NCBI GenBank assembly: GCA_951406725.2
Contig: OX597818.1
Coordinates: 83,266,001-83,330,000, forward strand
Length of the DNA stretch: 64,000 nucleotides
Source: Octopus vulgaris
Lineage: Eukaryota
Reading direction: 5' to 3'
Both the position numbers and the translations under genes were made by a program. This document shows, piece by piece, positions 25,216 through 39,511 of the stretch (position 1 is the first letter of the stretch; the number at the start of each line of letters is the position of its first letter). Below the pieces are notes generated by a model. The model was given only the letters and a program-made list of their open reading frames with translations. It made no database searches and had not been told where the DNA came from.

Positions 25216-27174
25216 TCTAAGTACGCGTTTACAGAGAAGGTTTTTGTGTATGCATGTAAAGCTCCGGTTTTATGCCGGCTACAACCTAATGATGCCAAGT
25301 AGCAATGGCAGTTTTATGAGATCGCATCAAACTATGTCGCTATAATGTAGGATAAATATGGTAATAATGATAATAATAATCCATTATAATAATCGTAAGA
25401 AACATATTAATTGTAGAAATGCGCGTAGTGATACATCAAAACATTTAGAAATTTCATCCGTGGATTATTATTTTTATAATTATTATTATTAATAAAGTGT
25501 ATGTGTGTTTACATGTACGTACAAATGTACATGCATACGATGCATACGCGTGCAGAGATATGGGTGAGGTGGGAAACAAAGAGATACTAAGATCTCGTGG
25601 TATATTTGTATGGAAATTACAAAGAGATACTATTGTCTGAAACCGGCAAAAGGACTCATTGAGGAAAATAGAGTTTTGCATAGGTGTAATTAAAACGGGA
25701 TATTAGAAGTGCACTTTCTATAACCTATGAAAGGTGAACGACAAAATCGTTCCCAGCGGAATTTTACTCTTAATAATCTAAAAGAGCGTTACTAAATGCT
25801 GCAATGATGTTGTTGTTGTGGTTACTCCGAAAGGGGAAGGGATAAATTTGCAGAATGTTTTTAATTGGAATTGACTTAAGATTTGAAATATCCACGGAGA
25901 AGTCGACCATGAAGTGTTTACCCCAGGGGCATAGTTTGTAGAAATTGTTTACATTCCATTGAAATTACGTTTCAACGTCGAAAATGCTGATCTGAGGGAA
26001 CGGATTATGCCGCATCATATCTTCTGGTGCTCTGCTGGTAATGTCATCTACTGTATATGTACAATTATGCGTAAGTGTAGCATTGAGGAAGAAGAAAACT
26101 TTCGTATACATAATCCTCTTTTCTTGACTGGTATATGATTTCTCAAACCTTGGATGAAAGAAATTAGAAATTTGAGTCTGCCATACTTGTGAAGTTTAGA
26201 ATCCTGCTATGCAACTATATGGTTTGAACTGAGTTCCACAGCGTAGTATCTTGGTCAAGAACATGTACTATAATTCCATAGAGACATAAATGCAGGAAAG
26301 CATGTAGCATGCGTGTGATTATGTGTTTGTGTGCGTGTGTATGTGTGTGTGTGCGTCTGCATTTTTGTATCTATGTTTTTTCTCCTAACAATACGTGACA
26401 ACCAGAGCTGGTTTGTTTACGTCCCCGTTGTAATGCTTTACGGCAACAGGGTCCAATAGAATAAGCAGTAGACTTTAAAAGAGTGTAATTACTTGGGTCG
26501 AGCTGTTCGACTAAATCACATCAAGGGCGTGCTCCAGCACAACCACAATACAATGACTGAAATATGTAAATGATAAAAGATAGATGAAAATAAATATCAC
26601 ATACATATTTGTTTGTAGTTCAGCTGATATTAATGTTTCCTTTGGGTAAATTTCAAATAACCGCTATCTATATTTGTATTGAATAAGTGACAAAAATATT
26701 TATTATTTGATCAATACTAGAGCTTTAAAATATTGTGGAGAACCATTTCTCCTCGTACTAAGAGCAATGGTACTAACATATATAGCTCTAAAGGAAGTTG
26801 GTAATTAATAAAATAATTATTTATATACTTAAAAATTCATTACCGTTTCATGTAATACCTACTCGTATATATATTCTTTAATAAAGTAAATTAGTATACA
26901 TAGCGTTTAAAGTTGGAAACTAATTCTAGATCGGATGTTTAAGTGAGAGATAAATGAAATGAACGTAACGTGAGAGGTATTTATAAGAATTTATATCACG
27001 TTTTGTTATCCTACTATGTACACATTATTTAGTTGTATGTTTTAAACATTTGTTTTGCAACAAAGAACCATATAATTTGTAAAAGTACATTCCCGATTTA
27101 CTGGCTTACTTTCATAGTACTGAAAAACAAATATGTATGTATGTATATATGTATATACATACGTATATACATAT

Positions 27175-27260
<86 letters not shown>

Positions 27261-27261
27261 C

Positions 27262-27520
27262 AATTTAATTAATAAAACATACATACATATATGTATATAC
27301 CTACATCTATATGTATATATACATGCATATATGAGTACAGGACACCACAAATAAACGTAGAGCACAACGAGAAACCAAAACATAAAATCAAACAAGGAAA
27401 CGGACTTTTTTTAACAACGATAAAACAGAGTACAAGACAAACAATACAAGGAATATTCCCCTTCTTCAGCTGCCCCTGTTTCGACTCAATGCGTGTTTCG
27501 AATTTCTTCTTCTCCAAGTA
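27262..27520. repeat. Short interspersed non-coding element in (TA)n (second copy at about 34680-34923)
   Basis: Shared catatatgagtacagg.cacca...aacataa/g...agagtaca.gacaaa...cccttcttcag. Confidence 0.7.
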
Positions 27521-27546
27521 AGTTTTATATATATATATATCATGGA

Positions 27547-29200
27547 TGCCCACGACCTGACGGGATGCATAATAGGTATTAAGGGCGTAGTGTTCCTATA
27601 CACATCCATTGATCTTTATTTTGCTGTGGAAAAATGTGTGGAGGCGAGGAGCGCGAGTGATGTGGCTTTTCTTGGTGTCGACACTGAAGAACTAGATCTC
27701 CTCCTGAGACTGACATGCGAAAATGAGTACTTAGATAAACATGATCTTAGTTGTTTTTGCCCCATTAGATCAGTAAGAGGTAGAAAGCCCACTATAACCT
27801 CTATACCCCGCCCAAAGGGAGATGGAACGGGTGGACCAGAATTATGTGGACCCGCGAAAATAGTGTTCAGGTTAAAAGGATGGTCTTGGTACTCGCGTGT
27901 ACCAAGACCACACTCGAAGTCCATATATTTACGTTTAATAGCAAGATACACCTTCCAAGAGGAAGGTGCTGACGTAGATGTGAGTATTGCCGACGATGTG
28001 GCGTGGTGGATAGGAGACTTAAAGAGAAGTTAGCAGAGAACTCCATTAATCTAACCATGAACTCCCGCTACGTGGACGATATAAACACAGCAACCAGAGC
28101 ACTCCTACAAGGCAATGTTGATGATCTCGAAGCTAACACCATGGAGAGCATCCAGCAAATAGCTACCTCCATCTACCGGAGTATAGAAATAACGATAGAA
28201 TACCCTAGTAAGCACCCTAACTCTTGATTACCCGTTTTACACACTGATCTCTGGCTAGAAACGAAGAACGATAAGGTTCAGTTCCTTCATTCTCATTATG
28301 CCAAACCCATGGCCTCTAAGTAGCCTGTTCAAAAGAACGCAGTGATTGTGGACAACGCTAACTTCAACATTCTGATAGCTGACTTGATGAGAGTGATGAG
28401 GAATGTGTCTCGCATGTGCAGCCCTATGGAATTGGAAAGAAACACACAACACTTCATCCGCCGCATGCAGTTCTCTGGCTACCACAAAAGAAACAGGATT
28501 AGAGTGTACAAAGGAGCCAGGACTAAGTACAAAGCCATCATAGACATTGATGCTAAGGTGATCTGCCCGCTGCACAGGAGCAGATCCTAGAAGAGCACAG
28601 AAAAGACCAGTGATAAGATAAATAAAGTCAACACTTGGTATGACAACAAATCATAGCAGGGTGTCATGTTCGTTGATGCTACCCCTGGCGGCGAACTAGG
28701 AGACCTTTTAAGAAAAACATTAAGGCTAATCTATGAATTAAAGTAGTGGAGGGGTCTGGTGCCCCTTTAAAATCACTGATCTGCAATACCTATACCTTTG
28801 ATAAGTCTCCCTGTGCGGAGTACAATTCTGTTGTATGTAAGATGAACCCATAGGTTAACTGTATGGTTACAAATGTAGTGTATAGCTTACGATGTACTGA
28901 GGGACGATTCAGAAATATGAGAACTACCTACCTTGGAGAAACTGCACGCAGCTTAGGAGATCGTATTGGTGGATATTGGCGAGAGCTCAAAGAAGAGAAA
29001 AGCTCGTCAATGTTCTGCCAACATGCTCAGGTAGAACATGGAAGCTCGATTAATAGCATAGATGTTAAAGTACTATTGACACATAGAACTGACACAACAC
29101 GTAGACAGATTATAGAAGCTACACACTTAACTGTAGACAGATGGAGCTTCAATAGAAAACATGAATGGAAGAGTAACACCCACCACCACACCACATGACT
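27547..29200 (+). mobile_element. Decayed Penelope-like element (RT plus C-terminal GIY-YIG)
   Basis: YVDD at 28069-28080, then LPVLHTDLW, HYAKPMASK, RRMQFSGY and NVVYSLRC...YLGETARSLGDRI; multiple stops and frameshifts. Confidence 0.88.
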
Positions 29201-29385
29201 AAAGACAGTAGGGATGTGTAGAGAGAGAGGGATAGGGAAAAGAAAAAGAAAAACCCATAAATAATACACAGACACATACAGAGTAATACACTCACAATAG
29301 ACATATATACATTTACCTGTGATATTTATAAGAAATAGAGATAGATGTATAAAAAAATAAATACGTAAATATATATATCTATATA

Positions 29386-29429
<44 letters not shown>

Positions 29430-30378
29430 CTTCATGGGTTATTTATAATTTTTAAATACAAGTACGCTGGTCGCTAAGAAAGTAAGAAAAAAAGACGTGG
29501 AAAAAACATGGTACAAAAAACCGGAACACGAAAAAGAAACGAAATCAAGAATTATAATCTTCATCTTCCTTGATTGAAGAACTGTTAAGTACAACTGGTT
29601 TAGAACACAATAACGGAAGATATGTCTATATATACGTTCACGCGCACACACATGAATATGTGCATAGATATATATGATATATATGTGTGTGTCTTTGTGC
29701 ATGCGTACATACAGACAAATAGGCACACAGACACACAGACGCACACACATATATATTTACATTTCTGACATTATAAGTATGAAAAACTTTAGAGAGAATG
29801 TAAAATAATTCATATATATATATTTCTTTTAATTGATTCACGAAGCACAGCAATGCTGCATGTAAACATCGGGTGAAAAAGTCGAAGGCTGCCTGTAGGA
29901 CTGGGTGCCATGCCTGGAGAAGATGTGGGTTCGAGTCAAGTTCCATTGGCTGCCGTTGAGTATTTCTATCCCAAACATTTCTACAACTCAAGATCTACAT
30001 CCTATTATTCATAGTATTCAGGTTCTCCGAGAACTAATTCCAAAAGAAATATATATAGCTGAAATAGAGGGACAGGTAAAATCTAGGCTAAATATATTTC
30101 CTTATCAGCAGATCTTCTGATGAAATAATTACTCAATGAGGGATACTCAGCTAGCTGTTCATCAGGCCGAGGATATCTTAATTACATGCAGGTTACATTG
30201 CCATTTGAGAATTCTAAGTTAACACATCGTAGATGTAACTTTGAACGAGCGGTGAAGCCAGAAGAACAGAATAAAACAGAAACAAATGTTTGAAAAATAT
30301 AGTGGTCAATAAGTGCATATATATATGCACGTGCATAAATCCACATACAGGTGCAGACCATGTATATGGTGGGTTATT

Positions 30379-30457
<79 letters not shown>

Positions 30458-30698
30458 TATATAAATTAGAGAAAAACCACTATTATATAATTCAAACACT
30501 GATGGACATAAACCAAATCATAAAGAAAAAATAAAATATATTATATATTATAAAACATTACTAGATCACAAAATGTTTAAAAAATGAATAAGCAATATAT
30601 AATAAATAAAAATATATTCTATATTTATATTGTGAAATTTGATTTAATACTAAATTGAATTTTTCCCTGTAAGTTTGGAGTTATACTCCCTAATATTA

Positions 30699-30801
<103 letters not shown>

Positions 30802-30983
30802 TTCGTTGTCATCATAAAATGAAACTCAAGCGCTTCAGTCGTGAACTGAGAAATTCTCTCGGATTATCTATAATCCGTTCGAAGTATGTCCTCTTCTTTT
30901 CCCTTTCTAAAATTAATATGCCGTTTCTATTACATGTTCTAGTTGTTCATGTGTAGCTTAGTGTAATCCCTATCGATCAGTCC

Positions 30984-31190
30984 AGTGATTAGGAACTTTA
31001 CAACTGTAGAAATTTCATCTTGATATAATTTCTACCTCTTTATATTATTAGTACCTAATACGTTGCTAGCATACCAGGTGTCGTGTTGGCAGAATCCCTA
31101 GCACGCGAGGCAGAATACTTAACGGTGTTTCGTTCATATATCCTTTCTGAATTCAAATTCCGCCGACATCGCATTCGCCTTTTTTTTTTT
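30984..31190 (+). repeat. ~205-bp local duplication (partner 35181-35387)
   Basis: Near-identical copy of unique sequence plus a decayed SINE-B head. Confidence 0.9.
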
Positions 31191-31419
31191 CGAGGTCGAT
31201 AAAATAAGTACCAGTCGAGTACAGTAGTCGATATAATAGACACACTCCTTTCCTTTAATTTTCTGGCTTCGTGCCAAAATCTGAAACTTATGTTGCTAAC
31301 ATGTTTTAAGGACTATGATAGGATTCCAGACAGGTTTCCTCGTCCTAAGGGAGACAAATGTATGACTCAGTTACTTGTGCATTTTATCATTTATCTCTTG
31401 CTTATGGCATTCATTGGGA

Positions 31420-31830
31420 TGCAGTTTCGCTGGGGAACATCCTTGAAGGGTGTATCGAACAAATGGAATCCATTACGTTCATTATTTTGTTAAATATGTA
31501 CTTATCCAATCAGTTTCTATTGCCAACGTGCTAAGTTACTGGGACATAAAGAAACTCAACACTGTCCATCAAGCGGTAAAGGAGGACAGATACAATACAA
31601 AGATAAACGTGAAACACATGCTCACACGCGCTCACGTCCTTTCGCATTCACACACACATATACACACGATGAGCTTCTTTTAGTTTATATCTACAAAATC
31701 CGCTCACAAGACTTTGGTCCACCTGAAGTAATTGTAGAAGACACTTTCTCAATGTTACTGCGCTGAGGGTGTGAACCCAAGACCACGCGATTGGAAAGTA
31801 TGCTACTTCATTACGCAACCGCAGCTATTA
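31420..31830 (-). mobile_element. Decayed family-A SINE
   Basis: gctaagttactgggac, gagcttcttttagtttatatctacaaaatccgctcacaagactttggtc. Confidence 0.6.
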
Positions 31831-32563
31831 TCGATGAAGTTTGTTGGAAAGTTATTGGAGAAAGACGAAAGAAATCCTGAAATCTATATGTGTCAGAACG
31901 AGAGAGAGAGAAGCGGGGTGAGAGAGAGAGACAGGTAAGACAAAAATAGACAGTAAGACAATGAGAGAGAGTGTGTGAGACAGAAACAGCACGACAGAGA
32001 CAGAGACAGGGGGTAAGAGAGAGAGAGAGAGAGAGGAAAGAGAGAGAGAGAGAGAGACAAACAGACAGATTACTGATTCTTCAGAATTTGAGTTTATGAA
32101 GGCTTCTGTTTGAAGATAATTTTGAACATTCACATCAATTTAGATTAGACAAATCGTAGATATGTAGCAATTTTTGGCAGTGTTCCTTATCGTTTTCGTC
32201 ATTATACATGCAACAAAGCGTCTAAAGGACTACGCGGGTGTTTCGAGATAATGATCATTACTTCAATGATGGAGTTGAAAGGACATATCGAAGGTTCAGA
32301 TATGGTCTCCAGTCAAACTGGTAAAACGATCTTGAATGATAAATTTGTTGACGAAGATAGTGGATATAAAATTTCACGGATATGGTTCCTGTTTGTTTAC
32401 TTGATGTTTTAAACGTTTTAGGATGAGGGTGGGCAAATACTTTCCTTTGATTAAGCGCGAATCAGATTGACCAATCGTCACTGATGCAGAGTGCGCTAAT
32501 TGAAAGCGGAATTTTGAAGTCCGAGCAGGATTATTTAGGATGTCAAAAATATAACAAGATTGT

Positions 32564-32598
<35 letters not shown>

Positions 32599-32602
32599 TA
32601 TC

Positions 32603-32634
<32 letters not shown>

Positions 32635-32636
32635 CG

Positions 32637-32690
<54 letters not shown>

Positions 32691-32722
32691 ACATCATCAA
32701 TGCAGTCGTCGTCGTCGTCGTC
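32564..32722. repeat. (CAT)n/(GTC)n microsatellite
   Basis: Direct reading; explains the poly-H/S/D/M ORFs. Confidence 0.95.
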
Positions 32723-32724
32723 GT

Positions 32725-33040
32725 TGGGCTTACAATCGTGATGCTGTATATTCCCTTCCCGAACCGATCTGTGTGTTGTGATCTTGAGCAAGACACTTTA
32801 TTTCTCGTTGCTGCAGTTCACTGATATGTAGAAATAAAATGCGACATCACTGGTGCCAAGCTGTATCGGCCCTTGCCTTTCTCTCGGATAACATCGGTGG
32901 CATGGAGAAGGGAGGCTGGTATGTATGGCCGACTGCTGATCTTCAATGAAAAAAAAAACAAAAAATAGCCCTAACTTGTGTTTCGGATGGGGACATTCTA
33001 GGTGCAATCCTATGGTAATTTGAGACTGAAGGGAGTCTAA
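32725..33040 (+). mobile_element. Third SINE family (CORE-like gttgtg..cttgagcaagacacttt); other copies near 35990, 49430 and 52330
   Basis: Shared core, and a tRNA-like head (ggcacatggcttagtggttag...g(a/g)ttcga) in the other copies. Confidence 0.55.
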
Positions 33041-33042
33041 GA

Positions 33043-33400
33043 AGGTGATTGCGCAGAATCGTTATCGCGTCTGCAAGAATATTTAACACTATTTTGTCCA
33101 TGTTTACATTCTTCAAATTCCACAGAGGCCATCAACTTTCGTTCTTTTGAGGTCGATTATATACGTACCAATCAAATACTGGTGTCGATGTATTTGAGCT
33201 GGCAGAATCGTTAGCACACCGAGCAAAATGGTAATCGGCATTACGTTCGTCGCTACGTTCTGAGTTTCAAATTCCACCGAGGTCGACGTTGCCATTTATC
33301 CTTCGGGGTGGGTAATTAAATACCAGTGAAATGCTGGGATCAATGTAATCGACTAGTACCCTCCCCCACATTTTCAGGCCTTCTGCCTATAATAGAAAGG

Positions 33401-33459
<59 letters not shown>

Positions 33460-33585
33460 GTAATTCCGCCCATGTCGACTTTGACTTTTATCATTACGTG
33501 GTCGATAAAATAAGTACCGCTTGAATACTGGGGTCGATGCAACTTCACTCAAGTTGCTGGGCGTAACACCAAAATTTGAAATCAT
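33043..33585 (+). mobile_element. Cluster of family-B SINEs with an (ATT)n tail
   Basis: gagctggcagaatcgttagcac...ttttcaggccttctgcctataatagaaagg(att)n. Confidence 0.75.
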
Positions 33586-34925
33586 TACATCATTATCATT
33601 GTCGTTGTCGTCGTCGTCATCATCACCATCATCATCAGTAATGGCGGCAGAAACACCAGTAGTTGCGGTAGTTTTGAGGATGGTGATTCTAGTAGCATCA
33701 TCATCAGCAGCAGCAACAGCAGCAGTTCAGTGTAAATTGTGCATTTGACACCTGACCTTCATTCAAGGCCCTTGAATATTATTCGGTGCTCCTGAATGCA
33801 CAGATTATCAACGTTTGTCAACTAGAACATTATATATGTAAAAAAAAAAACTAATAAAAAAAAAACTAAAGACACAAAACAAAACTAAACTCTGAAAAAG
33901 TGAAAAGGCAAACAACTCAACGAACGGTATTTATACGCGATAAATTCGAATAACGAAGATACATTTAAGTATACTTTGTTCGTGAAAACATAACCAAACG
34001 TTTCCTGATGTTTAAGAGAAATGCAAACAGCTATAACCTCAATATTTACGACATTAATATCAAACAAATAAGTAAGAGCTATACCAACAATGTTAATAAA
34101 GAAATGCAAAACAATATATATTTTCATATATATATATATATGGGGATGTGATGGCATCAAATGTGGAGCAATAATATGTAATGTTGAAACAACGGTTTTA
34201 TGACCTCATAACACGAACATACACTACATTGCTTAACTGGCAGTTCATCTGTAATACTGTAATAACGGAGCAGTAATACTGGACTTATATAACAAATAAT
34301 AATGATGATGATGATGTTGATCATAATAATAATAATAATAATAATAAGAATAATAATAATAATAATAATAATAATGATAGCAACATATGTGAATTAATAA
34401 ACAGAATATCTGAGCCGGATAGATGCAATAACGTTAAGAATTGAAATTACAGGTAGGAACAGCTGAAAGACCAACATATGGAAGTAAATAAGAATACTAA
34501 CAACAGTTACTGCGAGTCACATTATATAACTATTTGAATATAAATTCAATGTGAATAAGAATGAAGTGCAGAATAGTATCCAGGAAGTACAAACACAGTA
34601 GTTCAAAAACAAAGTTACTAAGACATGGTGAATAACTTCAGATTATATTTACTAAATGGTGCATTTTATATGTGTACAAATAAAACATGCATATATATAT
34701 ACATATGTGTACGTACCTACCTCCACATGTATATATACACGCATATATGAGTACAGGGCACCAAAAAAACGTCGAACACAATGAGAAACGAAAACATAGA
34801 CACAAACCCAAAGAACTGGACATTTTTCTTAAACAACAAAAGAAATAGAGTACAGGACAAATAACACAAGGAAAAAACCCTTCTTCAGTCGCCATGGTTT
34901 CATCTACTCTACGTTTCGAAGGTGA

Positions 34926-34956
<31 letters not shown>

Positions 34957-35389
34957 GAGAAGGAAAAATTTGTCAACAAACAGCCATGGGACATGAATCC
35001 ACAGAGACTCCGGCTGAGAGCATCACTGTTAAGCTAAACTACCTGCTAACAAATTTAGCTATTAAAAAGCTAAATACACAGCAATGTATATATATAAAAT
35101 ATAAATATAAGCAAACATTTGCTTTTATAAACGTCAAACTTGCGTATTGTACGATACAAATAAAATTATATATATACTAAAGTGATTAAGAACTTTACAA
35201 CTGTAGAAATTCATCTTGATATAATTTCTACCTCTTTATATTATTATTAGTACCTAATACGTTGCTAGCATACCAGGTGTCGTGTTGGCAGAATCCCTAG
35301 CACGCGAGGCAGAATACTTAACGGTGTTTCGTTCATATATCCTTTCTGAATTCAAATTCCGCCGACATTGCATTCGCCTTTTTTTTTAC

Positions 35390-35672
35390 AACTGGATTTG
35401 GTAGACGGAAACTGAAAGAAGCCCGTCGTATATATGTACATATATATATGTATGTGTGTGTGTTTGTGTGTCTGTGTCTGTCCCCTTAGCATTGCTTGAC
35501 AACCGATGCTGGTGTGTTTACGTCCCCGTCACTTTGCGGTTCGGCAAAAAGAGACCGATAGAATAAGTACTGGGCTTACAAAGAATAAGTCCCGGGGTCG
35601 ATTTGCTGGACTAGAGGCGGTGCTCCAGCATGGCCGCAGTCAAATGACTGAAACAAGTAAAAGAGTGAAAGA

Positions 35673-35673
<1 letters not shown>
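35390..35673 (+). mobile_element. 5'-truncated family-A SINE
   Basis: ggatttggtagacggaaactgaaagaagcccgtcg...ggcggtgctccagcatggccgcagtcaaatgactgaaacaagtaaaagag. Confidence 0.88.
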
Positions 35674-35710
<37 letters not shown>

Positions 35711-35725
35711 TATACTATACTTCGC

Positions 35726-35771
<46 letters not shown>

Positions 35772-36287
35772 TATTTATATATATATATATATATGACCAC
35801 TTGGTGCCACTCTGATAAAATTCCACTCAATCATAATCAACTGCAAATATTGCGTAGGTCTTCACATGAAATTGTTTACGAGCAACGGCATCAGAAACTG
35901 GATGGTACCGAGATTATTGTAACTGATAATAAAGATATCGTACTTAATTGAATCTTTGCGTTCTTGCATGTATCATGTGTGGTGGGTAGACACATGGCCA
36001 AGAGGCTATGGTGTTACGTTACACTCATGGTCGGTTGCCATGTTGTGTAATTAAACAAAACACTTAATCCCACGTTCCTCTGAGATCATTTCGACACCTG
36101 ACGTGTAGTACACGAAGAACCTAGTCAGGCAACGTCAATTTGATAATGGCAAGGAGCTAAAGAATAGCACAAAAATTTGGTCACTATAAACAAATCACTC
36201 GTGGATAATACTCAGCAAGATATTGTAGAACTCTGTATTTGGAACCAAGAGCGGCTACCCAGTATAACACACACACACACACACACT

Positions 36288-36372
<85 letters not shown>

Positions 36373-36664
36373 GTAGATAGATCATTTTATTTTTTACTTG
36401 TTTCAGTCATTTCACTGCGGCCGTGCTCGAGCACTGCCTCAAAGGATTTTAGTCGACTAAATCGACCCCAGGGCTTATTCGATAGGTATATGTGGCGTCA
36501 CCGCTACGTTACGGGGATATAAGCACACCAGTATCAATTGTCAACCGATGACGGAGGATAAACACAGACAGACAGACAGTCAGACAGACAGACAGTCAGA
36601 CAGACAGACACAGACACACAGACACACAAACACATACACACACACAAATGCGGATTTTCAGTTG

Positions 36665-36709
<45 letters not shown>

Positions 36710-36757
36710 GCTGACAAACATCTACTTATACACACACGCGCACATACACACACACAC

Positions 36758-36809
<52 letters not shown>

Positions 36810-38143
36810 CTGTATGTGTGTGTATATAAATGAGTAATATGTATGGAAATATGCGTTCAATATGAATGTATTACTGTCGCTCTTATAATGTGGAAGCTGA
36901 GATCACTAGGCGAATAGGTAAGTATTGATCTATTCTGGAATATGTATTGCAAAAGTCAACTATGTTGTTAAATGAACATTTAGGCCAGCATCGTAGGGTA
37001 ATATGAAACTTTGGTGTTTCTTGGTTAAAATTAAATATAGTTTCAGTGAATGTGATGTTAGTATTATCTTTCAGTATTTGTTGAAGTGGCGGCATTTACT
37101 AAATATATCTCATCTAAAATTCTTTTGTATTGTCAGCATAAGGCTCTTCTTAGCTATAGAAAACTCGCGTTTTTAATTCTCTGTGTTATGTGTTCTTGTA
37201 ACTTCTACTTGATAATAGATTTAACAATATATTTTTACAAACACCATCTGCAGTATATATTGTCTGATGAACCAGCGAACACACAGCAGAAATCCAGTAT
37301 AAAAATACACTGATTCGACCAACACAGACATATTTGATTATATTATATTTTTGTACTCCTTTTATATATTTCTTTAAATGATTATTTAAGTATTCACTAT
37401 TGAAATATGCATCCATCTCTAGTATAAACATTTTTTACGTTTGGCGTTAATCCTTTCCACATCTAAAGTTTTTTGATAAGTTTGCCCTAATCATCTATGA
37501 TTGTTTTCAGACTTTTAGTTATCTCTTGCTTCATTAGTTCCCAATAATATAAAGTTTTTCTTTCAAAAACGCTAGTTACACTGGTGATAAAAAAAGTAGG
37601 AAAGTGTATCATGTGAAACACAGAAGAGGAAAAGTGTTAAAGCCTGTTAACATGAAAATATCTGTTTCATAAATAATAGCTTCGTTATTGCATGAATTGT
37701 GTTTCTGCATGAGGATTTAACTTAATTTTAATATTGCCACATATTTCATGGACCTCTTGACAAACTGGTACTTTGAAACGAGAGCTGATTTCAAAGGTCT
37801 ATATCTGGAATCTAAAAATTGATTTGCACTATTAGACTGACTGTTATAGAATGATATGTGCGGCAGATTTTCTTTCTATCAGAAAGCACACCGTTAAAAC
37901 TGTATGTAAAGATATTTTCTCGTCCACTAACTTATAACGTTTTATTATAGTAGGAAGCTAATTTAATGCAGGGTGGTGGGGGAATGTATGGACGGAGGAT
38001 GTGTGGAAATCTACCTGAGAAGGATAAACGATTGAAAATGGGGAAAAATAATGAAACGAAGAGGAACAAATTGCATCCTTTTTTAAAATGCTATTCACGA
38101 TATGATAGCGGTATATACATATTACACACATGATAAAAATATT

Positions 38144-38177
<34 letters not shown>

Positions 38178-38403
38178 AAAGAGACAGATAGAGAAAGAGA
38201 ATGTGAGTGTGTGTGCGTGTGTGTGTGAGTGAGTGTCTATGTGTGTGGGTTGAGTGTGTATGCATATGTAAAAGTACTACATTATATGTGTGTGTGTGAA
38301 TATACATATATATATAAATATATAACAATATTGATTATTATACATCGATACACACAGACACACACGCATATAAGAAAGAAAATGGAATTCGCGAGATTAT
38401 TAT

Positions 38404-38506
38404 TCACTACAATCGTTTCGACACCTCGTTCACTTGTGCCTCAAGTTTGAGATGCTGTACAAACAGTTTTACTGCCTCATAGTTGCGGATGTCACTCATC
38501 AGGTGA
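38404..38506 (-). ncRNA. Type I hammerhead-like motif with a large stem II insertion
   Basis: UCAC-CUGAUGA-(GU)GACAUC...GGUGUC-GAAA-CGAUUG-UA-GUGA. The core is intact, with 2 extra nt before stem II. Confidence 0.6.
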
Positions 38507-38994
38507 CTTGTCAAAAAGTACATCGTTATTTATATCTCCATTTTGCTTATTTGTATTAGAATACATTCTGGTAGTTGTCATGAGCTACACGTCTACACGA
38601 AGCACTGGGTTATAACGCATAACAGAATTTCTATGTATCAGAAAGCACGTCGTAAAAATGTATATAGATTGATAGGTAGGGAGGTAGGTAGTAGATAGGT
38701 ATGTATGTATATTTATATATGTATGTAAACATATATATATATATAATGCATTTTAGAAGGGCTACAACGGCACAGATTTATTATACATACAAGCATTCAC
38801 AGATACACACACACATACAGAGATAAATAAATAGATATATGCATACATACATGCATAGATACATACACACACATATACATACGTACATACATTCTCGCAT
38901 TCCCGAGCATCAAACTAAAACATCTGCTTGTTGTTTATACACCTGTTTCGTGTTTTGTTTTTCTGTAAATTTCAAATTGATACATAGGTACATA

Positions 38995-39023
38995 AATAGT
39001 TAGATAGATAGATAGATTAATAA

Positions 39024-39100
<77 letters not shown>

Positions 39101-39164
39101 CTTGATGGATAGATAGATAGATAGATAGATAGATTCATAAATAGATAGATAGACAGACATACAT

Positions 39165-39226
<62 letters not shown>

Positions 39227-39227
39227 T

Positions 39228-39287
<60 letters not shown>
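38995..39287. repeat. (GATA)n/(GACA)n tract flanking the Tx1 3' end
   Basis: Direct reading. Confidence 0.95.
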
Positions 39288-39288
<1 letters not shown>

Positions 39289-39511
39289 CTTTTTATTGTA
39301 GCCACACAGGGCTAAACACAGAATAAAAATGGACGAAATACAATGTAGAATTTTTTTCTTTTCGAGGTGGGATGGGTGGGGCAAAAAAAAACAAAAAAAA
39401 ACGTTTGATCAATAGGGATCTGTGGGTTGTGTGGTGTATAAAAAAGCAATATATATATATATATATAAGGTTCACAGAGTAAGTCGCCTTACTTCGCGTT
39501 GTCTCTTTTGG

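Noticed and set aside
28225-28227. In-frame TGA in the PLE RT as selenocysteine
   Set aside because: The copy also has TAG stops and frameshifts, the TGA is not at an evident Cys position, and I recognised no SECIS.
30117-30165. Two opposed CTGATGA motifs (hammerhead or C/D snoRNA)
   Set aside because: They simply form an 8-bp inverted repeat; there is no correctly placed GAAA/UH or terminal stem on either strand.
37258-37305. CTGATGA...GAAA hammerhead candidate
   Set aside because: Stems I-III cannot be formed.
36850-37560. Further decayed PLE/LINE coding remnants (also 25870-26080, 53440-53810, 55250-55700 and 57715-58450)
   Set aside because: Only faint motif echoes with many stops, too weak to annotate without a profile search.
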